From positions 1 to 53,643 of the IMG/VR virus record IMGVR_UViG_3300011115_000699: 53,643 nt of DNA, one strand, 5' to 3'. Position numbers and translations under genes: made by a program. The notes below the pieces were generated by a model. That model did no database searches. It saw only the letters and a list, made by a program, of their open reading frames with translations, and was not told where the DNA came from. Position 1 is the stretch's first letter; each line of letters starts with the position of its first letter. This document shows positions 36,768 through 44,436 of the stretch, one piece after another. This stretch comes from a virus (taxonomy: Duplodnaviria > Caudoviricetes).

Positions 36768-38535
36768 CGTTAGATTCTCGGATGACTGCACTGGCCTTGG
36801 TAATCTGTTCGCCAAGCCACTTGATGACCGGGACTGCCATACTGTTTCCAAGTGCTTTGAATCTTGCTCCGTCTGTTGCGGTTTCAAGTACTGCATTTTG
36901 TTCTTCGGGACATCCATACTTACCCAACTCCTCTCTAAAACACCCAGCCTTGGATTTGTACCAACGTATGTCAGTGTATCCATCTGGGAATCCTTGAAGA
37001 CGCTCACACTCAACTGGTGTAAGGCGCCTGACAATCATGTTTGTATGAACAGCAGGAACAGAGTTACCACCAGCACTAGACATCAATGTAGGGGATAGTG
37101 TTTCGCTGTATCCAATGGACCTGGCAGCTGCACCTTGTCCTAACTTGAACGCACCTACATCATGGGCAACGTACTGATCAGGAGTGGTCGCTATCGTGTA
37201 TGCACACTCATCTTGTCCCATGTAACCGGCTCCTCCTCCTCCAGGTTTCGGTGTTCCACCGCTCACACCAGAGTAATGACCAATGCCACGTACTTTGAAG
37301 ACATGAGCAACACCTTGCGTAGCCATGCTGTCGAGCGTGTATGACGGATCACCATCATCACCTATACCCATGCCGTTCTGTTTCTTCTCTATGTCTCGGA
37401 CATCCTGGATTGGTATGGCGCCTTGCACAACATAGTTAATTGCATGATGACTTGTTGTTGCTGGTTGCGCAGCTTGTAAGCAGTTTGCTACTTCACTCTC
37501 TGTCGCACTGAACGTGTTAGCCTTAGCGTCTTCACGGACGCTGTAGACAGAGGTATGGCTAACGATTGGTGTATTCCCACCACCAGTGCCAAACCTGGCT
37601 ACAACCGTCTGGCACGTCTCGCCCATCTCTTTCACACGACTGTCAGCCGGGTGGGTTTCATACGCCTGGACTATGGTGTGCGTTGATCTGATATCACCGA
37701 TGTCAAAACAATTAAGTGTATTACTGACATCTGCTTCTACCCACGTCTCGTATCCGTCAGCAGATGTAGCACGAGTAGACTTACGGTAAGCCGTTGTGTC
37801 TACTATGTATGGACGATCTTTGACAGACGTAATAGTAGGAGAAAGATCACCTTCTATGATTTCCGCTTTTGCTTGACCGGACGCAACAGCAATTAACTCT
37901 CCGTCATCGTTACTGCTATCGATTCCAGTGCCAACTTGAGGGTTGGCGGCAGTTGTCTTCCTCTTACTTCTGCCCTCCGCAGGATTCCGACACACGCTTT
38001 CGCGCTCAAATAATACCGAGGATGGATGTCGCCAATCGCCTGAAGAGTGCGCGACAACAAAGACACGTCTGCGTCTTTGCGCGACTCCGAAGTACTGAGC
38101 GTCCAGCACTCGCCAGGACACGCTATACCCGATACTGACCAACGCCCCGATGAAGGCTCCAAAATCCCGTCCTCCGTTACTCGACAGGACACCAGGGACG
38201 TTTTCCCATATGACCCACTCAGGACGTACGTGGTCAACCAGACCGACAAAGGCAAGGGCGAGGTTACCACGTGGGTCATCCATTCCTTTTCTGAGTCCTG
38301 CGACTGAGAAGGATTGACAGGGGGTGCCTCCGATAAGAACGTCAACTGAACCTCTTGCAATGTTCCATTCCTTATACTTGGTTAGATCGCCGTAGTTCTT
38401 GACACCAGGATAGTGTTGATCCAAGACACGGGATGGGAATGCATCAATCTCAGCAAACCCTACGGGAGTCCAACCTAAAGACTCCCAGGCTACACTCGCA
38501 GCTTCTATACCACTGCAAACGCTTAGGTACCGCAT
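36760..38535 (-). CDS. C5 cytosine DNA methyltransferase with expanded modular variable region
   Basis: CSGIEA, GGTPCQ, ENVPG, QRRRRVF, RRLTPVECERLQGFPD, ALGNSMAV. Confidence 0.95.
   Translation of the reverse strand: MRYLSVCSGIEAASVAWESLGWTPVGFAEIDAFPSRVLDQHYPGVKNYGDLTKYKEWNIARGSVDVLIGGTPCQSFSVAGLRKGMDDPRGNLALAFVGLVDHVRPEWVIWENVPGVLSSNGGRDFGAFIGALVSIGYSVSWRVLDAQYFGVAQRRRRVFVVAHSSGDWRHPSSVLFERESVCRNPAEGRSKRKTTAANPQVGTGIDSSNDDGELIAVASGQAKAEIIEGDLSPTITSVKDRPYIVDTTAYRKSTRATSADGYETWVEADVSNTLNCFDIGDIRSTHTIVQAYETHPADSRVKEMGETCQTVVARFGTGGGNTPIVSHTSVYSVREDAKANTFSATESEVANCLQAAQPATTSHHAINYVVQGAIPIQDVRDIEKKQNGMGIGDDGDPSYTLDSMATQGVAHVFKVRGIGHYSGVSGGTPKPGGGGAGYMGQDECAYTIATTPDQYVAHDVGAFKLGQGAAARSIGYSETLSPTLMSSAGGNSVPAVHTNMIVRRLTPVECERLQGFPDGYTDIRWYKSKAGCFREELGKYGCPEEQNAVLETATDGARFKALGNSMAVPVIKWLGEQITKASAVIRESNDG
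37893..38360 (-). CDS. Nested out-of-frame ORF, candidate MTase beta polypeptide
   Basis: 155 aa in another frame; AAGGA SD before TTG; WTLSTSE..YYLSAKACVGILRRAE.RG..LP motif. Confidence 0.6.
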   Translation of the reverse strand: MQEVQLTFLSEAPPVNPSQSQDSEKEWMTHVVTSPLPLSVWLTTYVLSGSYGKTSLVSCRVTEDGILEPSSGRWSVSGIACPGECWTLSTSESRKDADVSLLSRTLQAIGDIHPRYYLSAKACVGILRRAEVRGRQLPPTLKLALESIAVTMTES

Positions 38536-38783
38536 CAGTCGATGAAGCCCATCGTGCGACCCTTGCGTACAGCACGATCACGCGCTCCTTGACCACTGAC
38601 GCCCAACTTCCAATACAGGTTGTCCATGTGAAACTGAACAGTGCGATGCGAGATGTTCATAGATACACCCATCATCTTTGCGGTCCGTTGAGATGGAAGC
38701 ATCTTAAGGATTTCCAATTCCCTGGCAGACAACTCGAATGCCAGTTTCTTTTCCTCGGTTTTTTCTTCTACTTCTTCGCTCAT
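38535..38783 (-). CDS. Stand-alone LuxR/GerE-type HTH regulator
   Basis: LSARELEIL..ISHRTVQFHMDNLYWKLGV. Confidence 0.88.
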   Translation of the reverse strand: MSEEVEEKTEEKKLAFELSARELEILKMLPSQRTAKMMGVSMNISHRTVQFHMDNLYWKLGVSGQGARDRAVRKGRTMGFID

Positions 38784-39100
38784 TTCTTGTACCTCTTCAT
38801 AATGTTAGTCCATGCTTTATCGGCAGAGATGTCATCCTTGTAGAACTCAATACTCTGCCGATCGTCCTCGTTGTATGCGATAAATGCAGCTTTGCCTTTG
38901 TACCCACGAATCTCACAGAATTCGACCTGATACTTATGCCCTGGGCAAGCCAAACCAACGCAGGGTGTGTCACACACAGTCCTGCCTGATTCAAAGCGCA
39001 CTCGCTTGACATATTGCTTATCTGTTTTGGCAACCGGTTTAGTGGATCGATATAGCAACGCATCAATGCAAAGGTCATCATAAATAACCGAAGACAGCAT
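38780..39100 (-). CDS. Hypothetical protein (leaderless start at 39100)
   Basis: ATG 6 nt after TATACT; C-x3-C-x4-C-x2-H cluster. Confidence 0.55.
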   Translation of the reverse strand: MLSSVIYDDLCIDALLYRSTKPVAKTDKQYVKRVRFESGRTVCDTPCVGLACPGHKYQVEFCEIRGYKGKAAFIAYNEDDRQSIEFYKDDISADKAWTNIMKRYKK

Positions 39101-39106
39101 ACGGGA

Positions 39107-39135
39107 AGTATATACTTGCATACTTGCAGGTGCAA
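39107..39135 (-). promoter_or_regulatory. Promoter TTGCAC-17-TATACT with tandem TACTTGCA boxes in the spacer
   Basis: -35 at 39130-39135, -10 at 39107-39112; TACTTGCA twice at 39113-39128. Confidence 0.7.
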
Positions 39136-39167
39136 GCGGTAGTCCATTCCTAATGTACAATCATGAT

Positions 39168-39416
39168 ATGGGCGTAGTCAAAAAATATCAGAACCCATCA
39201 GGTGGACTGAATGCCGCTGGTCGTGCGCATTTCAAAAAGTCTGAAGGACTCAATCTGAAGCCACCAGCACCAAACCCAAAGACACCAAAAGACGCGTCTA
39301 GGCGTAAGTCATTTTGTGCCAGGATGGAAGGCATGAAGAAAGTCAACACGTCTGCAAAGACGGCTAAAGATCCGAACAGCCGCATCAATAAGAGTCTTCG
39401 GGCCTGGAACTGCTAA
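39168..39416 (+). CDS. Basic phage protein (DUF6321-like)
   Basis: GGLNAAGR..RRKSFCARM..SRINKSLRAWNC; TACAAT 6 nt before ATG. Confidence 0.75.
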   Translation: MGVVKKYQNPSGGLNAAGRAHFKKSEGLNLKPPAPNPKTPKDASRRKSFCARMEGMKKVNTSAKTAKDPNSRINKSLRAWNC

Positions 39417-39661
39417 TGAATAAAAATATCAACCACGCGCAAACATTTACACGTGATCTTCCCGACATTGAACGCCGCGAACATGGTTTGAAGAAGGCTC
39501 CAACCAAAGCGCAGATGCAGATGATGGAGAAGAAGGAACACGGACTTAAGCGTACACCATCTATGGGACAGATCATGATGATGGAACGCAAGGAACACAT
39601 AAAGCCTGATGGCAATGTGATTATTGGTAAAGGTTATAAAGGAAGAGCGAGGGCAAAGTAA
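39416..39661 (+). CDS. Small basic protein with internal EHGLK repeat
   Basis: Coupled TAATG start; EHGLK repeated. Confidence 0.6.
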   Translation: MNKNINHAQTFTRDLPDIERREHGLKKAPTKAQMQMMEKKEHGLKRTPSMGQIMMMERKEHIKPDGNVIIGKGYKGRARAK

Positions 39662-39774
39662 TGGCTAAGACAGTAAAGACTATGAAACCGGCAAAGACTA
39701 TGTCTGACATGATGGGCGTGAAGAAGGCTCATCCAATGGGATGCAAATGCCCTAACTGCAAAAAGAACTGCTAG
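39661..39774 (+). CDS. 37-aa basic peptide with HPMGCKCPNC motif, absent from ORF track
   Basis: Coupled TAATG start; TAG 39772-39774 one base before the next ATG. Confidence 0.55.
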   Translation: MAKTVKTMKPAKTMSDMMGVKKAHPMGCKCPNCKKNC

Positions 39775-39775
39775 T

Positions 39776-41752
39776 ATGCCAGACATTCCTAAAGGTCATA
39801 AAGTAATTGACACGGTAAAAGACAACAAGGGCTTTTATCGAATTATTCAACGCCCAGATGGAACAAAGTATAGTCAAACACTAAAACTGTTCACTGAGCA
39901 AGATAACGACAGGAAAGTACGCGCAGAAAACAAATCCCTAGGTCAGTATTCAACCACCAACATTAAAGGCAACATGGCAAACGCTATGGCGTTGACTGCC
40001 GTTGGTGGTGGTGCTACTGCCTTGGCTTTGCATAATGCTACACAAGGACGCCAAGACAAAGTCGGACGAAAAGTCCGTGGTGCTGCGTTTGGTAATACTA
40101 GACCACAAGGTGTTGGTTTAAAAACTCCTGCTGGTACAGCAGGTGACGTACGTGGACGAATATCAACTGATCGTCCTCCTGCTATTGTTAGATCAGTAGA
40201 CAGTTTTAATAAAAGAGGTTCAACTATGCCACAAACTGGCGATTTATTTAATCAACCAGAACCACCAAGTGGTGGTACTAAAAAAGCCGGTACACGTTAT
40301 GCTCCAGCCGGTACGGCTAAGGCTACAGGTAAAGGCACACGAGGTGTTCCACGTCCTGCTCCAAGATCAAGTGGAAAACCTACTGGATCAGCGCCTAAAA
40401 CTCCAGTAACGCAAGCACGACCTACGCCACTTGCACCAAGTCGCTTGGCAGGTAGTCCTATTAGACCTAAATTCAGGCCTTCACCATTGCAACCACCTAT
40501 GCCAAGTAAGATATTAGAAAGTCCAATTAATACCTATACAAGGCCTGGATACAGTGAAAGTTATCTCCCTGGTGGAGGACGACCACCGGTAAAAGGTCCA
40601 GGTGGTACGGAAATACGCCCAGGGCAAGGCAGTATTTATGACGTAAGGTCTAAATTCGATCCAAATCGTCTTGCTACCCGTGCAGGTTTACCAGGACGTG
40701 TACAACCGCAACTATCTGGTGCGGCACAAGCTGCACAAGACATGGCATCAAAATCCTCAACCAGTGGCAGTGCTAAAAAAGCCGGTACGCGTTACGCACC
40801 AGCTGGAACTGCTAAAGCCACTGGTAAAGGTACTCGTGGTGTTCCACGTCCTTCTCCGCGCTCTAATTTCAAACCGGCTACTGGAGCAAAACCAACTGGT
40901 GGTATGCCAGCACAACTTAGTCAGATGCCTCCAGGTGGTGCTGGTCCAACTGCACCAGGTAGAACTAATGTTGCCGGTGCTATTAATCAGTCAAAGATGC
41001 CAGCGCAGTTTAAGCAAATGCCTCCAAGTGGTGCTGGTCCAACTGCCAATGTCCCATCGCGTTTGACACAAAGCATTCCAAAGCCTGGTTTCCTCAATAA
41101 CATAAATAAATTTGTTAGTAATTTAGGTAAGGGACGCACCGGCATAAAACAAGTAGATGCAATGTATCAAGCTGCTGGAATGATTGATAAATATGGTGGC
41201 GAACCATATCGACAACATATGGCTGCGCATCCAGAAGATAAAAAAATGACCCCGATGCAATTAAGCACACATATACGGGAGTCGAAACTTGAAGCACCAA
41301 AAGCAACACTAGCAGCAACTGCGCCAGCTGCATCTGGTGGCAATAAGCCAGTCGGTGGACAAAAGCCTTACGAACCTAGGTACTTCCCAGAAGCTGGTGG
41401 CAATGGTAATGCTGTTCGTAAACCTGATAGTTACCTTGGTGAAGCGTTTGACTACTCACTTCAAAAGGGTACTACATCTGGAAGCAAGTACCTGGAACAT
41501 ATGTTCCGCCGTGACAAGGTTAGTGAAGACGATCAACAGCGACTGCGCGAGCGGTTCAACAAGAAGGTTGTTGGAGATCTGACGCTTAAAGAATATGGTG
41601 CTGACAAAGGGATTACTCAAACCCTTGAAGGTAAGAAGTCTGGTCTTGGTGAAGCATTGCTTGGCAAGTATCGAGACACTGGTACCTACAAAGGTAATAC
41701 CGATTACGATGTCATGCGAGCAGCTGCTGAAGCAAGAATGGCAAGGAAGTAA
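39776..41752 (+). CDS. Basic Pro/Gly-rich, probably disordered protein with internal repeats
   Basis: 658 aa; duplicated 26-aa and 17-aa peptides. Confidence 0.75.
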   Translation: MPDIPKGHKVIDTVKDNKGFYRIIQRPDGTKYSQTLKLFTEQDNDRKVRAENKSLGQYSTTNIKGNMANAMALTAVGGGATALALHNATQGRQDKVGRKVRGAAFGNTRPQGVGLKTPAGTAGDVRGRISTDRPPAIVRSVDSFNKRGSTMPQTGDLFNQPEPPSGGTKKAGTRYAPAGTAKATGKGTRGVPRPAPRSSGKPTGSAPKTPVTQARPTPLAPSRLAGSPIRPKFRPSPLQPPMPSKILESPINTYTRPGYSESYLPGGGRPPVKGPGGTEIRPGQGSIYDVRSKFDPNRLATRAGLPGRVQPQLSGAAQAAQDMASKSSTSGSAKKAGTRYAPAGTAKATGKGTRGVPRPSPRSNFKPATGAKPTGGMPAQLSQMPPGGAGPTAPGRTNVAGAINQSKMPAQFKQMPPSGAGPTANVPSRLTQSIPKPGFLNNINKFVSNLGKGRTGIKQVDAMYQAAGMIDKYGGEPYRQHMAAHPEDKKMTPMQLSTHIRESKLEAPKATLAATAPAASGGNKPVGGQKPYEPRYFPEAGGNGNAVRKPDSYLGEAFDYSLQKGTTSGSKYLEHMFRRDKVSEDDQQRLRERFNKKVVGDLTLKEYGADKGITQTLEGKKSGLGEALLGKYRDTGTYKGNTDYDVMRAAAEARMARK

Positions 41753-41756
41753 CCGA

Positions 41757-41781
41757 AGGGGAGCAAACGCTCCCCTTTTTT
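41757..41781 (+). terminator. Intrinsic terminator
   Basis: GGGGAGC-AAAC-GCTCCCC-TTTTTT. Confidence 0.8.
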
Positions 41782-41805
41782 CTTGTCTGCCGTATACTTA
41801 CGTGC

Positions 41806-42573
41806 ATGAGTGAACTGCAAGCAGGTACAGAGTTTGAAGAAGACGGTATCTGGTATCGCCGTACGAGCATGGGTGTCGTTAAACTCTGCGAAGGAACTAT
41901 CGTTCGCGAAGGCAAAGAGGCGCGGTGTCGTAGTGCATCCATCAAAGGACAACAGTATTGTCCGCAACACGGCATGAAACATATGGTCAAATCAGAACGA
42001 CCACAAGCCCTGGCTCATGCGTATCAGAAGCACCGCCGTCGGTTCAAGTCTATTGGTAAAGAGTTACTTGAGAAGGTGGATGACTACCGAGAAGACCCAG
42101 ACCTTTTCTCACTACGTGACGATACAGCCTATCTAACTGCCTTATTGGATAAACGTGCCGAAGCAGCAGCAGAAGGCGTTAGTATCGAACAGTACAAGCG
42201 CATAGAGGCAGCATACAATCTCTGCCGAAGTAAACTTGGTAGCCCTGACTTCATCGACTGCTTTGAACAACTAGGTGAGTCCATTACACAGAGACTTGAT
42301 GAGTTTGCAGCATCTAAAGACGTACTCGATCTTATTGAACGCCGTACTGACCTGGTTGAAGCAGAACAACGGATGATGCAGACGAAGTCATACGTACTCG
42401 AAGCCGATCAAGCATTCATGCTGATTATGCAAGTTGTTGAGGTTGTCAAGTCCTGCGTACGTAATGCGGACGAATTGATGGCTATCAAGACTGGTATAAA
42501 TAAGTTATTGAAATCGCACAAACAAGAAACCGATGAATCAATAGAGGATGCCGTAATCGTAGATGAACGCTAA
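41806..42573 (+). CDS. Putative terminase small subunit
   Basis: Immediately upstream of TerL; C..C..YCPQHG finger then helical body. Confidence 0.55.
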   Translation: MSELQAGTEFEEDGIWYRRTSMGVVKLCEGTIVREGKEARCRSASIKGQQYCPQHGMKHMVKSERPQALAHAYQKHRRRFKSIGKELLEKVDDYREDPDLFSLRDDTAYLTALLDKRAEAAAEGVSIEQYKRIEAAYNLCRSKLGSPDFIDCFEQLGESITQRLDEFAASKDVLDLIERRTDLVEAEQRMMQTKSYVLEADQAFMLIMQVVEVVKSCVRNADELMAIKTGINKLLKSHKQETDESIEDAVIVDER

Positions 42574-44296
42574 ACAACTAAAGCGCAACACGCCCAAAGA
42601 GTTTCGTCACTTCACTAGAAACGATAAGCCGTTGGCTGAAGCGTTGCTTGAAGCAATGGGAGATCAGATACAACTCGTGCTTGAAACTGGTGACTACGAC
42701 TCAGGACGTGCAGCTGCTATTGACGGCGCATCAATGGATTACGCTACGTGGCTAAGGACGTATGCACCTCACGCTATGTCTTCTTCACTTGGAGAACATC
42801 ATAAGCGGGCCTGGGAGTGGGCAGAGAGTATAGAACCTGGCGTTGTCCCACCCGCTCTAATTGAGTGTTGGTTCCGAGGTGGCGGTAAGTCCACAACGAT
42901 GGAACACATCGCTGCACGTATTGCAGTCAAAGGATCAAAACGATTCTTACTGTATGTCTGTTCTACTCAAGAAGCGGCAGATAGACACGTATCTGATATT
43001 GCCCACACGATGGAGCGTTGTGGTATTGAAAGGGCTTTGAACCGTTATGGATTCTCCAAAGGATGGAACGCTTCCAAACTCCGCACAGCCAACGGTTTTA
43101 ACGTTCTTGCGTTCGGTTTGGACACTGGTGCGCGTGGTGTCAAACTTGATCACCTACGTCCTGATTTCATTATCCTTGACGACATTGATGAGCTTGATGA
43201 TAGCGTTAATCGCGTTGAGAAAAAGATAGCCACAATCACTCAGACAATCCTTCCGGCTAAGAGTACGGACTGCGCTATCGCGTTTGTACAGAACAAGATT
43301 CACGCCAATAGCGTAATGGCACAGATTCTCAATGGTGAACTAGATGCACTCCAGGAACGCATACAAAGCCCTATCGTGCCAGCAATCGAAGGATTGACAT
43401 ATGAACCCATTGAGCGTGAAGATGGGCGTACTGGATACAAGATTACTGGCGGGACTGCAACGTGGTCTCACAAGAATATCCCAGTGTGCCAACGCGAGAT
43501 TGATGACTACGGCATCCTTTCCTTCCTACGTGAGTGCCAACATGAAGTTGGCGTAGGCGGTAGGTTCTTCCCGCAGTTTAAACCATATGACAGCACAGGA
43601 CAGCCGTGGCACGTTGTTGACTACGTTGATGTAAAGCCTTGGTGGCGCATCTGGGCAAGTCATGACTTTGGTACAGCCAGCCCAGCCTGTTCAATCATCT
43701 ATGCCAGTGACGAGAATGAAACCATCTATGTCATTGGTGAGATTTACGAATCAGGCAATGTAAGTAGTCAGCAAGCGATGAAACTGCTTAAATGGCTTGA
43801 AGCACGTGAGTACGCGAAACCATTGAAACCTAAGATGGAAGATGGACCGTGGAATACAAAACTTGAAGCAATTGCGTTTGACTACGGCAACACGTTTCCA
43901 CCGGAGAATGTTGCACAACGCATTGGTGAGTACCCGGTTGAGGTTTGGTGGCGCCGTGGTCTTCCTGCTGTTCGTGCGGTCAAAGATCGAAAGGCTGGAT
44001 GGCGCCGACTACAGGAATGGCTCGTTGCTGTTCGCATGAAAGATGGCAAAGCATTCCCAAGGTTTGTTATTGTTCGTAATGGTTGCCCTAACTTAATCCG
44101 TGAAATGGAAGCAGCCATGTGCGACCCTAAAGACCCAGAAGACCTGGACAGCGGAACCAAGTCAGATCACGCCTTAGACTCTTGTCGTTATGGTGTTATG
44201 TGGCGTGAGTTTCCAGTCACTTGTCCAGAGGTATCTAAAGCCGGACCGTGGAAGCCAGCATGGCTCAGTGGTAAAGATGAGGACAGTTACGTTTAA
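42563..44296 (+). CDS. terL: Terminase large subunit
   Basis: RGGGKST Walker A, IILDDID Walker B, HDFG and DHALDSCRY nuclease motifs. Confidence 0.93.
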   Translation: MNAKQLKRNTPKEFRHFTRNDKPLAEALLEAMGDQIQLVLETGDYDSGRAAAIDGASMDYATWLRTYAPHAMSSSLGEHHKRAWEWAESIEPGVVPPALIECWFRGGGKSTTMEHIAARIAVKGSKRFLLYVCSTQEAADRHVSDIAHTMERCGIERALNRYGFSKGWNASKLRTANGFNVLAFGLDTGARGVKLDHLRPDFIILDDIDELDDSVNRVEKKIATITQTILPAKSTDCAIAFVQNKIHANSVMAQILNGELDALQERIQSPIVPAIEGLTYEPIEREDGRTGYKITGGTATWSHKNIPVCQREIDDYGILSFLRECQHEVGVGGRFFPQFKPYDSTGQPWHVVDYVDVKPWWRIWASHDFGTASPACSIIYASDENETIYVIGEIYESGNVSSQQAMKLLKWLEAREYAKPLKPKMEDGPWNTKLEAIAFDYGNTFPPENVAQRIGEYPVEVWWRRGLPAVRAVKDRKAGWRRLQEWLVAVRMKDGKAFPRFVIVRNGCPNLIREMEAAMCDPKDPEDLDSGTKSDHALDSCRYGVMWREFPVTCPEVSKAGPWKPAWLSGKDEDSYV

Positions 44297-44436
44297 TGCT
44301 CAATGGTATTATTCAAGTTGCATTATTGGTTGTTATTGCTACATTTTCAGCATTGACTTACCGTGACGTACGATGGTTTCGCATGGAACAACAGCAACGA
44401 ATTGATCGGATTAAACAAGGTGAGAGGTACTTATGA
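44296..44436 (+). CDS. 46-aa single-TM protein, absent from ORF track
   Basis: TAATG and ATGA coupling at both ends; N-terminal hydrophobic helix. Confidence 0.55.
   Translation: MLNGIIQVALLVVIATFSALTYRDVRWFRMEQQQRIDRIKQGERYL

Noticed and set aside
36768-37034. N-terminal extension of the DUF3310 ORF as a second nested gene
   Set aside because: Recognisable domain starts at ATG 36767; the extension has no motif.
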